Shown: positions 38,496 through 47,153, counted from the first letter of the stretch. The stretch is 64,000 bases of DNA from Candidatus Aenigmatarchaeota archaeon (GCA_016198755.1 JACQIB010000002.1:59004-123003), one strand, 5' to 3'. The notes: generated by a model not told the origin, from the letters alone. Numbers and translations are program-made.

Positions 38496-38798
38496 ATGGC
38501 AATGCACACGGTTGTAGAAGCAATGTTATCAGCACTGCCGCGCGAGCTGCGAGAAGGAATACTCATAACAACAGGCACAATGCACCAGATGTTTCTACAT
38601 AATTCCACTTTAAACAGGCAAAACAATGGAAGATATGCTGATGGTTCTGTTTCAAAGCCAAATTATGACACACCAAACGGTGGCTATACTCCGCATGCAG
38701 CACCGCAAGAAGTAAGAGATTATGCAATCCGCGGCTTAGGTATGGGTCCCCCCAATTCCAGAATACACAGAGTTCGCTCAAATTCAGCGTTTCACTGA
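38496..38798 (+). CDS. hypothetical protein (ORFan)
   Basis: TATA near 38466, ATG at 38496 or 38502; no motif. Confidence 0.4.
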   Translation: MAMHTVVEAMLSALPRELREGILITTGTMHQMFLHNSTLNRQNNGRYADGSVSKPNYDTPNGGYTPHAAPQEVRDYAIRGLGMGPPNSRIHRVRSNSAFH

Positions 38799-38903
38799 TA
38801 AGTTTTTTCCTGTGCAAACGCGTCCCACATAGCTTTAAATAACTTGTTTTGCAAAGTAGGTTTAGGTGTAAAAGGTGAACCAGATGGAAGATGGTCTACT
38901 TCA

Positions 38904-39227
38904 TTGCAGGGGAATTACTTCACTTCGGGCAGCTTCAGCTCTAAGATTGACAGGAAAGGCAGGGCAATAATAACAGCTGAGATAAGGAAATTGTTAAGTT
39001 TGCGTTTCTCTTCAGAAGTTTTGATTACTATAGAAAGAAATAGCTTTCCAGTAAGGCTGGATGAGAGGGGAAGGTTTTCAATACCATCTGAAATAAGAAA
39101 GAATTTTAACGGGGAAATAGAAGGAAAAATAAGGTGTATTATGAGGCAGGGTGTACAGCCACCCCCTCGCTGGTTAAGGCTAAACCAGCTTTCTGCTCCA
39201 AATTTAGAGGTGAAAAGATATGGGTGA
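38904..39227 (+). CDS. tandem AbrB/MraZ-like DNA-binding protein (start uncertain)
   Basis: two repeats, KIDRKGR..I.AEIRK and RLDERGRFSIPSEIRK. Confidence 0.7.
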   Translation: MQGNYFTSGSFSSKIDRKGRAIITAEIRKLLSLRFSSEVLITIERNSFPVRLDERGRFSIPSEIRKNFNGEIEGKIRCIMRQGVQPPPRWLRLNQLSAPNLEVKRYG

Positions 39228-39247
39228 ATTACTTCACTGTGGGCAAC
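38912..39247 (+). repeat. imperfect 22-bp direct repeat (38912-38933 and 39226-39247)
   Basis: GAATTACTTCACTtcGGGCAgC vs GAATTACTTCACTgtGGGCAaC, 19/22 identical. Confidence 0.7.
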
Positions 39248-40111
39248 AATGAACTGATAGATGCACTTTTTCAATACTGTAATAATATTGGAACAAACCC
39301 ATCAGATGTATTAAATCTTGCAAAAAAATTTGGGAGATTGGATTATTGGTCTGTAGACGATGATAAAGAACTTTTTCTCAAAACAAATTTCTATGATATC
39401 ACACTATACAGAAACGGGAAAATATCTAATATGAGGTCTTTAGAGGATATAGAAAGAGTAGCCAGACCAGAGACTCCATTCGAGTTCCTATCAAAAGCAT
39501 CTTATATTATGGAAAATAAAGATATGGTAAGAGAACGTGTTTTGAAAGGCCAGTTTTTCCAACCGTTTGGAATATCGACTGATGGCGTTTTTAACAGCAG
39601 ATGCAGGGCAGCAGTAAGACTAACAAAAAATATTCTAAGATATCTGAAAAGATACGGTATTGACGCAGAGCTTCTCATAATGCCTGCTGATTCTTATGCA
39701 ATGGAAGTTAATGGATACTCAAAGGATATTGTAGACAGATTTATCTGCGATATGGAAGGTTTTTGTTCAGGTGGATCAAATCCAAGAACAAACATCGTAA
39801 GATGGTCCAAGATAAGGGAAGATAACAGGGGTAGATACGAGGAATTATCTAGAGGATTTTCCGTTCCCATAGATATTTTACAAAGACTTCAGGAAAGAGC
39901 TCAGCGGTTTTCTTTACTTTCGCCAGTAGCATCTGCTGCAAGGTATGCTTCAGAAAGGTATGCAGAGGCAAGAATCATAAATGAAGTACTAGAACCAATA
40001 AAAATTAGTGCGGCAGATACAGATGTGGATGTATTGGATGGAACTCTTCCAAGGATATACCCTTTTAAAATGTCGAAATTTCCTTGGAAATCTTCTAAAT
40101 GGGGAGATTAG
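39224..40111 (+). CDS. uncharacterised protein, possible Rossmann/HUP-like enzyme
   Basis: GTG overlaps the upstream TGA, SD GAGGTGA; motifs FQPFGIS, LLIMPADSYA.EVNG, YASERYAEA, FPW. Confidence 0.65.
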   Translation: MNYFTVGNNELIDALFQYCNNIGTNPSDVLNLAKKFGRLDYWSVDDDKELFLKTNFYDITLYRNGKISNMRSLEDIERVARPETPFEFLSKASYIMENKDMVRERVLKGQFFQPFGISTDGVFNSRCRAAVRLTKNILRYLKRYGIDAELLIMPADSYAMEVNGYSKDIVDRFICDMEGFCSGGSNPRTNIVRWSKIREDNRGRYEELSRGFSVPIDILQRLQERAQRFSLLSPVASAARYASERYAEARIINEVLEPIKISAADTDVDVLDGTLPRIYPFKMSKFPWKSSKWGD

Positions 40112-40112
40112 C

Positions 40113-40982
40113 ATGAATATTAAAAATATTTTAAAACAATCCATAGACCTGCACGTGCACATAGGTCCAGAGATAATACCAAGGAAGTTTACAGCTGCAA
40201 CTCTAGCTAAGGAAGAAGAGGGAAAACTAAAGGGAGTTGGTATAAAATCTCACTTTTTCCCTACAGTACCTTTTGTAAGGGAAGCAGGAAAAACAAAGCT
40301 GGAGATGATAGGGTCTGTTACCCTAAACAACTATCTTGGGGGCCTTAATCCAGATGTTGTGAAAGCATCGGCAGAGCTCTCAAAAACTCCAATAATAGTC
40401 TGGTTTCCTACAATAAGCTCTGAGAATTTCCTGAGCAAAAGTGAATACGAAATAAGACCTGAGTGGGCTGATAGAAACCTGAAAGCAAGACCTTCCAGTA
40501 TAGTGAAAGGAATATCTGTAATGGAAAATGGAAAACTTAGCGAAGATGCTATACAAGTGCTGAAAATAATAAAGGAATATGGTTGCATACTTGCAACAGG
40601 CCATATATCTCCCGAGGAGTCAGAAGCACTTGTAAAAGAGGCTGGAAAACTTAGTATAGATAAAATAATAGTAACGCACCCAATATACCAGTTGATAAAC
40701 ATGAGCAAAGAAAAGCAAAAAGAACTCGCAGAATTAGGGGCATTTATAGAAGTCTCAGCCTCCATGTATTATATAGACAAAATAAGCATGGAAAAAATAG
40801 TACAGCAGATAAAATTTGTTGGTCCTGAAAATTGCATACTAACTTCAGATTCTGGACAAGAGTTCAGCCAATCCCCCAGCAAAGTATTAGAAGGGTTTAT
40901 GAATAGGCTCGTAGATAACGGCATTATAGAAAAGGAGCTGATGCAAATGTTAATATACAACCCAGCTAAACTGCTTTCATAA
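40113..40982 (+). CDS. amidohydrolase-superfamily protein (DUF6282-like)
   Basis: IDLHVHIGP, KSH..T, W.PT, LATGH, VTHP, LTSDSGQ, NPAKLL. Confidence 0.85.
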   Translation: MNIKNILKQSIDLHVHIGPEIIPRKFTAATLAKEEEGKLKGVGIKSHFFPTVPFVREAGKTKLEMIGSVTLNNYLGGLNPDVVKASAELSKTPIIVWFPTISSENFLSKSEYEIRPEWADRNLKARPSSIVKGISVMENGKLSEDAIQVLKIIKEYGCILATGHISPEESEALVKEAGKLSIDKIIVTHPIYQLINMSKEKQKELAELGAFIEVSASMYYIDKISMEKIVQQIKFVGPENCILTSDSGQEFSQSPSKVLEGFMNRLVDNGIIEKELMQMLIYNPAKLLS

Positions 40983-40995
40983 AAATGGTGTTAAC

Positions 40996-42210
40996 ATGAC
41001 ATTACAACCACCCAAAGGTACAAGAGACTTCCTGCCAGGGCAGCAGAAAGTGCGCAGAACACTTTTTGAGAACATGCGTTCTGTTCTCGAGAGGTATGGA
41101 TATGGGGAGGTTGTAACTCCGGCAATAGAGGATTTTGAGGTTCTGGCTAAGAAAGCAGGGCAAGAGATTGAGAATGAGATTTATGTTTTCACAGACAAGG
41201 GTGGGAGGAAAATCGGGCTGCGCTTTGATTTAACGGTTCCAATAGCAAGGATTGTTTCTTCCGATTCTTCCCTGCCAAAGCCTATTAAGTTCTATGTTAT
41301 AGGTCCAATGTGGAGATATGATAATCCTTCTGCAGGCCGCTGGAGGGAGTTTTATCAGGTTAGTTTTGAGCTTATAGGATCCGGGTCAGCTAAAGCAGAT
41401 GCTGAAGTTTTGGGTGTTGTTTCTGAATGTCTGAAAGCTGCAGGTGTAAAGAAATTTTCCTTTTCAGTAAACAGCAGGGGACTTGTGGAGGAATTAGTGA
41501 AAGAAGCTGGCGTTCCTGAGAAAAAGAAAACAGAAGCTTTCAGGGCGATTGATAAGCTGGGAAAAATAGGTGAGGATGGGGTTTTGAAGGAGTTTATTAG
41601 ATATGATATACCAGCTGAAGCCGGAAAGAAACTCTTAAAGCTGTTAAAGAAAAGCAGAACAAACAAGGAACTGGATGAGCTGCTGAAAATTGCAAAGAAA
41701 ATGGGAGTGGACAATATAGAAGTTGATAACAGCATTGTCAGGGGAATAGATTACTATACAGGATTTGTTTTTGAAACCTTTATTGAGGGAAAGGAAAGTT
41801 TAGGTTCTGTGGCAAGCGGTGGAAGGTATGATACCTTAATTGGATTGTATGGGGGGCAAAACTTGCCTGCTGTTGGGTGTGGGATTGGGTTTGATAGAAT
41901 GCTGGAGTGTTTGGATATACCAGAAGACAAACAGCAGATAAAGGTTTTTGTTGCAAATGTAAACGAGTGGGTTTGGGACGATGGGCTGAAAATTGTTATT
42001 GATTTGAGAGCTAAAGGAATAGCTACAGAGCTGGATTTAATGGGTAGGGACTTGAGGAAGCAGATTGATTATGCGGTTGCAAAGGGAGCTGAGTTTTTGG
42101 TTATTGTGGGACCGAAAGAATTGAAGGAAGGAAAGATTGTTCTCCGCAACCTAGAAACAGGAAAGGAAAGTGCAGTGAAAATTGCAGAGTTGGGAAAGAA
42201 AATTGCATAA
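40996..42210 (+). CDS. hisS: histidine--tRNA ligase
   Basis: PKGTRD, LRFDLT, WRY..P..GR.REFYQ, RGIDYYTG, GGRYD. Confidence 0.97.
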   Translation: MTLQPPKGTRDFLPGQQKVRRTLFENMRSVLERYGYGEVVTPAIEDFEVLAKKAGQEIENEIYVFTDKGGRKIGLRFDLTVPIARIVSSDSSLPKPIKFYVIGPMWRYDNPSAGRWREFYQVSFELIGSGSAKADAEVLGVVSECLKAAGVKKFSFSVNSRGLVEELVKEAGVPEKKKTEAFRAIDKLGKIGEDGVLKEFIRYDIPAEAGKKLLKLLKKSRTNKELDELLKIAKKMGVDNIEVDNSIVRGIDYYTGFVFETFIEGKESLGSVASGGRYDTLIGLYGGQNLPAVGCGIGFDRMLECLDIPEDKQQIKVFVANVNEWVWDDGLKIVIDLRAKGIATELDLMGRDLRKQIDYAVAKGAEFLVIVGPKELKEGKIVLRNLETGKESAVKIAELGKKIA

Positions 42211-42261
42211 AATTATACAGCAAGGTCTCTAAAAAAGTTAAGTCTATTTTGTTTTTATGTC

Positions 42262-42378
42262 CTAACTTCCTTGGAAGAGAGCTTCCTCCATAACAAATCC
42301 GCAGCTTTTGCAAAATCTTTCGCTGAGCTTTGCGGAAATTTTCGGAGAGCCGCACTCTGGACACATTTTTTTATCCAT
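42262..42378 (-). CDS. stand-alone TFIIB-type zinc-ribbon microprotein (38 aa)
   Basis: manual translation MDKKMCPECGSPKISAKLSERFCKSCGFVMEEALFQGS; upstream TATA (minus strand TTATATA near 42416-42422); absent from ORF track. Confidence 0.8.
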   Translation of the reverse strand: MDKKMCPECGSPKISAKLSERFCKSCGFVMEEALFQGS

Positions 42379-42532
42379 ACTTGCGTGCAACATAATTATT
42401 TTTTGTTTTTACCTGTATATAAGCATTATGCAACTCCAATACAACTATTGCAATTGTCGAGTACTCGCTCAAGCGAGTAAAATTCCCCTGCTTTTTTCTT
42501 TAACACGTTAAAAATTTTTATTATCAGTTAGT

Positions 42533-43024
42533 TTATGTCCATTTACAGCCAATTCCATTCTCCATTGCCTTTTTTTCAGCCCTGATTATCTCTTCTTTAT
42601 ATTTTATATCTTCAGGAGAAAAACGTGCAATTGCAAAACCTTCCTGTACTAATTTCAGGTTTATATTTTTCCCGTCCAGAGTCAAATAGCCCAGATACCT
42701 TTTATACTGGTCTTCTTTATCTGCTTCCAAATAGACCTTTTTATTTAAAACCAGTTCTTCCAGTCTTTTTTTTGCAGGAGAATAACAAGGATATCCCTTT
42801 TCATCGGCATCTATACCAAGCAATCTTACAGACCGTCCACCTTCTATAATAACAGTATCGCCGTCAATAACTTTAGTAATCATTTTTTCGCCGTTTATTC
42901 CATTTATTGCGTAGCCTGTTGTAGAAGGATTATTGTTGAGAGAAAATGAAAGAAAAATATAAAATAGTATTGTTGCAGCAAATATTATTGCAAAGAATAA
43001 TTTATTTTCACTTAAATTCAGCAT
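42533..43024 (-). CDS. membrane-anchored thermonuclease (SNase family)
   Basis: N-terminal TM; VIDGDT, VRLLGIDADE, DQYKRYLGY, N..LV..G.A, A.....G.W. Confidence 0.9.
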   Translation of the reverse strand: MLNLSENKLFFAIIFAATILFYIFLSFSLNNNPSTTGYAINGINGEKMITKVIDGDTVIIEGGRSVRLLGIDADEKGYPCYSPAKKRLEELVLNKKVYLEADKEDQYKRYLGYLTLDGKNINLKLVQEGFAIARFSPEDIKYKEEIIRAEKKAMENGIGCKWT

Positions 43025-43173
43025 TATAATTATTGTTTTTGTAAGTAAATAAATATTAAAACTGGGCAGAAAACATAGCTTTATAAAGTTTGCTTTACCA
43101 TTGTTTTTTGGAAGCTTCTTCTGACTTGAGTAAAGTTTAATGGAAGTTTAAAGAAAAAATAAAAGGTGATAAA

Positions 43174-45015
43174 ATGAGAAGGAAACTTAATAAACCAAAA
43201 GAGATAGAGCACTCTCTCTCAAAAGTAGTGCCTGACACTTCTGCGCTTATAGCAGGGAATGTCACAAGAATGGTACAGGAAGGAAAGCTTGACGGATCTG
43301 AAATTATAATCCCAAAGATTGTGATGGGCGAACTGCAGGCACAGGCTGCCAGAGGAAAGGAGTCTGGGTTCCTGGGACTAGAAGAAATAAAAAAGATAAG
43401 GGAGCTTTCAGAGAGCAAGAAAATAATCCTCAAGCTAATAGGCGAATTGCCAAGCTATGATGATATTATGCTTGCAAAATCCGGAAGGATTGATGCCCTT
43501 ATACAGGATATAGCAAGAAAAGAGAAAGGAGTTCTTATAACTTCTGACCTGCCGCAGGCTTTAGTGGCAGAAGCTGAAGGAATACCAGTAAAGTATTTTG
43601 AAAGCTACAAGAAGGTAAAAATAAGGATAGAAGATTTTCTAACCCCAGATACAATGAGTTTACACTTAAAAGAAGGTGTTGTACCTTTAGCAAAGAGAGG
43701 AAAGCCAGGGGCTTTCAAGCTAACAGAAATAAGAAAAGAGCTTCTTACAGGAGAAGAGATGGAAGCTATATCAAAGGAGATATTCGAGGCTGCAAGGCAC
43801 GAAGAGAATTCCTTTATAGAGTATGGGGAAGTTGGGGCCAGTGTTATACAATTAGGAAACTTAAGAGTTGCTATAGCAAGGCCTCCTTTCGCGGATGGGG
43901 TTGAGATAACTGTTGTACGTCCAATAATAAAGCTAAAACTAGAGGATTATACCCTATCAGATAAGCTAAAAAACAGACTTGAAGAGAGGGCTGAGGGTAT
44001 AATAATCGCTGGACCTCCAGGTTCAGGTAAAAGTACTTTAGCAGCTGGAATGGCAGAATTTTATGCTGGAAAAGGAAAAATAGTAAAAACCATGGAAAGT
44101 CCAAGGGATTTACAGGTTCCAGCAGGAATTACACAATATGCTCCGCTGGATGGAAGCTTTGCAAAGACAGCAGATATACTTCTGCTTGTCCGCCCAGACT
44201 ATACAGTCTTTGATGAAGTCAGAAAAACAAGGGATTTCGAAGTTTTTGCTGACATGAGAATGGCTGGTATAGGAATGATTGGAGTTGTACATGCTTCAGA
44301 TCCTGTGGATGCTGTACAGAGGTTCTTAGGCAGAGTTGACCTTGGAATTATACCGCATATACTGGACACGATTATTTTCGTGAAAGCAGGGGAAGTGAAG
44401 AAAGTTTATTCACTAGAATTGGTTGTAAGAACACCAACAGGAATGACTGAAGATGATTTAGCAAGGCCTTTGGTTGAAGTGAAAGACTTTGAAACAAACA
44501 AACTTGAGTATGAGATATATAGCTATGGAGACCAGAAAGTTGTTGTTCCAGTGCAGGCTTCTTCAGGAAAGCAAACGGGTGCAAAAAAACTGGCTGCAGA
44601 GAAAATAAGGGAAGAGCTGAGAAAGTTTGACAGAGATATTCAGGTAGAAGTTGTTTCAGATAACAAAGCAATAGTCAGGGTTAGAAATGATGTGATTCCA
44701 AGGATTATTGGGAAAGAAGGGAGCACAGTAAAAGAACTCGAAGAAAGATTAGGAATAGGCATAGATGTGGAGCCTGTTGCAAGAAGTCTAGGAAAAACAG
44801 TAAGTTTTGATATAGGAGAGACGGGAGCCTATTTTGTCCTGAACTTTGGGAAAAAGCTGCATGGAAAGAATGCCAATATCCATATAGAGGGGGAGTATTT
44901 GTTCACTGCTACTGTAGGGAGGGCAGGAGAAATAAAGGTTAACAAAAATTCAGATATAGGGAAAGCTTTGCTTCGTGCAGTTACATCTGACAGGAGAGTA
45001 GAGGCGTTTGTTTAA
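43174..45015 (+). CDS. PINA ATPase (PIN + P-loop ATPase + KH), Holliday-junction branch migration
   Basis: VPDTSALI PIN domain, TMSLHLK, EITVVRP, GPPGSGKST, ESPRDL, RPDYT.FDE.R, IIGKEG KH. Confidence 0.92.
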   Translation: MRRKLNKPKEIEHSLSKVVPDTSALIAGNVTRMVQEGKLDGSEIIIPKIVMGELQAQAARGKESGFLGLEEIKKIRELSESKKIILKLIGELPSYDDIMLAKSGRIDALIQDIARKEKGVLITSDLPQALVAEAEGIPVKYFESYKKVKIRIEDFLTPDTMSLHLKEGVVPLAKRGKPGAFKLTEIRKELLTGEEMEAISKEIFEAARHEENSFIEYGEVGASVIQLGNLRVAIARPPFADGVEITVVRPIIKLKLEDYTLSDKLKNRLEERAEGIIIAGPPGSGKSTLAAGMAEFYAGKGKIVKTMESPRDLQVPAGITQYAPLDGSFAKTADILLLVRPDYTVFDEVRKTRDFEVFADMRMAGIGMIGVVHASDPVDAVQRFLGRVDLGIIPHILDTIIFVKAGEVKKVYSLELVVRTPTGMTEDDLARPLVEVKDFETNKLEYEIYSYGDQKVVVPVQASSGKQTGAKKLAAEKIREELRKFDRDIQVEVVSDNKAIVRVRNDVIPRIIGKEGSTVKELEERLGIGIDVEPVARSLGKTVSFDIGETGAYFVLNFGKKLHGKNANIHIEGEYLFTATVGRAGEIKVNKNSDIGKALLRAVTSDRRVEAFV

Positions 45016-45053
45016 GGACAAGCCTTTATAATACTGTGTAGGGAATTGTAAAT

Positions 45054-45219
45054 GGGCCCGTAGCATAGCTTCCTGCGGATCCTGAGTCTATCCGCCAGCT
45101 AGAATGGATAGTGCGTCAGTTTCCTAAACTGGTGACCAGGGTTCAAAGGAGGAGAAACTACGTATCTCCTTCCAACCTCTCCCTTGAGGGGTGGACTGAA
45201 AATCCCTGCGGGCTCACCA
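45054..45219 (+). tRNA. tRNA-Arg(CCT) with D-loop intron (~45070-45104) and 55-nt T-loop intron at 59/60 (45148-45202)
   Basis: GGGCCCG/CGGGCTC acceptor, TCAGT-TT-CCT-AA-ACTGG, CAGGG-TTCAAA|intron|T-CCCTG with BHB helix UUCA/UGAA, encoded CCA. Confidence 0.9.
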
Positions 45220-45258
45220 CTTTTAATACTATTTATATTCCATAAAATAGATTTTATT

Positions 45259-45720
45259 ATGATAGTTTTCACAAAAGAGGAACAGAGAATAATTGAACAT
45301 GCAAAGAAAGCAGTAGTAGCTTATAACAAAAGAAGGAAAGCAAAAGGAGGAATAGATACTATCTATGCTTTTGTCATGTCTGATATTGGAAATATATATG
45401 ATGGAGCTTGTCTTGAAACGGGCATTGGCAGTGGCAGCGTATGTGCAGAAAGGCATGCAATAGCAAACATGGTTCTGGAAGAAACATACAAAGCCAAATT
45501 AAAAATTGTTGTTGTAGATCCAGTGCCCAAAATACAGAAAGTTAGTACAACTCCCTGCGGAACATGCAGGCATGTTATCTGGGAACGTGGAACTCAGAAT
45601 ACAGCTATTATTTGCATTCAGTATATAAGACAAAAAACAGGATGGATATTTCCTAAAATAGAAAAACATACTATAAAGGAACTTTATCCACATCCCTATA
45701 CACCAGTTAAATGGGATTAA
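45259..45720 (+). CDS. cytidine deaminase-family protein
   Basis: CAERHAI and PCGTCR zinc motifs; start MIVF. Confidence 0.85.
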   Translation: MIVFTKEEQRIIEHAKKAVVAYNKRRKAKGGIDTIYAFVMSDIGNIYDGACLETGIGSGSVCAERHAIANMVLEETYKAKLKIVVVDPVPKIQKVSTTPCGTCRHVIWERGTQNTAIICIQYIRQKTGWIFPKIEKHTIKELYPHPYTPVKWD

Positions 45721-45756
45721 ACTTCATTTTTATTCTAAGAATTACAATAAGGAAGA

Positions 45757-46323
45757 ATGAAACCTGCGGTTATTGTAGTGGATATGCAGAAAGATATTGT
45801 GCTTGGAGGGCCTTACCACAGCAAAATGGCGCTGGGTATTGTGCCGAAAATAAAAGAATTGCTTGAGTTTGCAAGGGAAAGGAAAATACCGGTTGTTTTT
45901 CTTAGGTATGTTATAAAGGCAGACAGGAGCAATGCTGAAAGGTTCGAGCCGAAAACTGTTAGGGCTTGCTCAGAAGGGACTGAGGGAGCAGAGATTATAG
46001 AGGAGCTTAAACCTGAAAGGGGGGAGTTTGTGGTTGACAGGAACAGGCATAATGGGTTTCTTAATTCAAATCTTGGGAAAATTCTGGAAAAGCTAAAGGC
46101 CGATTGTCTGGTTTTTGCAGGTGTTAATACAAACATTTGTGTCAGAGCCACAGCAATGGAAGGGTATTATAGGGATTATGAGACTGTTATTGTAAAAGAC
46201 TGCACAGGGACTTCAAACAAAAAAACACATGAATTTACTTTAAAAGATATGGAAAACATTACTTATGGCATGAAGGTTTTTACGGAAAAGGAGTTTGAGA
46301 GGTGGTATAATGGAAAAATCTGA
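45757..46323 (+). CDS. isochorismatase-family cysteine hydrolase
   Basis: VVDMQ.D, GTEGAEI..EL.P, GVNTNICVRATA. Confidence 0.9.
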   Translation: MKPAVIVVDMQKDIVLGGPYHSKMALGIVPKIKELLEFARERKIPVVFLRYVIKADRSNAERFEPKTVRACSEGTEGAEIIEELKPERGEFVVDRNRHNGFLNSNLGKILEKLKADCLVFAGVNTNICVRATAMEGYYRDYETVIVKDCTGTSNKKTHEFTLKDMENITYGMKVFTEKEFERWYNGKI

Positions 46324-46777
46324 GATTTTTCTTGTTGCAGCAGGTGTTCTAATAATGATTGGGATAGTTGTGGTTGCGCAGTATTACAATGTAGATGCTT
46401 ACATAAAGGCAGATAAAATAGAGGTTCAGGGGCAGACCGTTACAGTTGGGGCAAACTGCAAGGGAATAGTTGCAGATACTTCAGAGGAGAGGGCACAGTC
46501 TATAAAAGATGGGATAGACGGGAAAATAAGCGACAGGCCAAATTCACACGATATTTATGTTGAAACTCTAAAGAGCTTTAACATTACAATAGAAAACCTT
46601 TTGTTCGAGGATTTTGACGGAACAACCTATAAATCTTTCATAACCGTAAAAAACAATGAAAAAGTTCTAAAAATAGACAGCAGGCCTTCTGATGGGATAG
46701 CAATAGCATTAAGGGCAAAAGCACCTATTTTGGTGAAAAAACAACTGCTGGAAAAGTACGGGAAGGATATATGCTAG
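46310..46777 (+). CDS. DUF151/bifunctional-nuclease-like protein with N-terminal TM
   Basis: RPNSHD, IDSRPSDGIAIALR..API; hydrophobic N-terminus. Confidence 0.8.
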   Translation: MEKSEIFLVAAGVLIMIGIVVVAQYYNVDAYIKADKIEVQGQTVTVGANCKGIVADTSEERAQSIKDGIDGKISDRPNSHDIYVETLKSFNITIENLLFEDFDGTTYKSFITVKNNEKVLKIDSRPSDGIAIALRAKAPILVKKQLLEKYGKDIC

Positions 46778-46801
46778 CTATAATATGTGTAAGTGAGCAG
46801 A

Positions 46802-47152
46802 ATGGAAAACGTATATAAGAGGGTAAAGGAAAGGTTTGAGGCAGCCAAAAAAGACAAATCTTTCATGGGAGATATAGGAAGCCTTCTTAAGGGACTGGAA
46901 AGGGTTTTTCAGGTTAGAATAACAGATCAGGGGAGCTTTTATTTTGTTGTTAAAAACAAAAATATAGAGCTGGAAAAGGGAGAAGCCAAAAATCCAAACG
47001 CGACAATAGAACTTAGCTCAGAAACATTCGAGGCTCTGGAAAAGAATGAGGCAGATCCAATGGGAGCTTTTCTGGCAGGAAACATTGCTGTGCAGGGGGA
47101 TATAGGAGAGTTGTTAAGGTTTGTTCCTTTGATAGAAAAACTAAAAGGTTAG
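46802..47152 (+). CDS. SCP2 sterol/lipid-binding domain protein
   Basis: P.ATI..F..DPM.AFL.G.I.V.GD. Confidence 0.85.
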   Translation: MENVYKRVKERFEAAKKDKSFMGDIGSLLKGLERVFQVRITDQGSFYFVVKNKNIELEKGEAKNPNATIELSSETFEALEKNEADPMGAFLAGNIAVQGDIGELLRFVPLIEKLKG

Positions 47153-47153
47153 G

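Noticed and set aside
38912-39247. diversity-generating retroelement TR/VR pair
   Set aside because: The repeat is only 22 bp, mismatches are not adenine-specific, and no reverse transcriptase is present.
42271-42511. possible ncRNA hairpin (TCCGCAGC...GCTTTGCGGA) and short plus-strand ORFs
   Set aside because: Better explained by the minus-strand zinc-ribbon microprotein and its promoter.
45184-45258. N-terminal extension of the deaminase ORF
   Set aside because: It overlaps the tRNA-Arg intron and 3' end; ATG 45259 is the plausible start.
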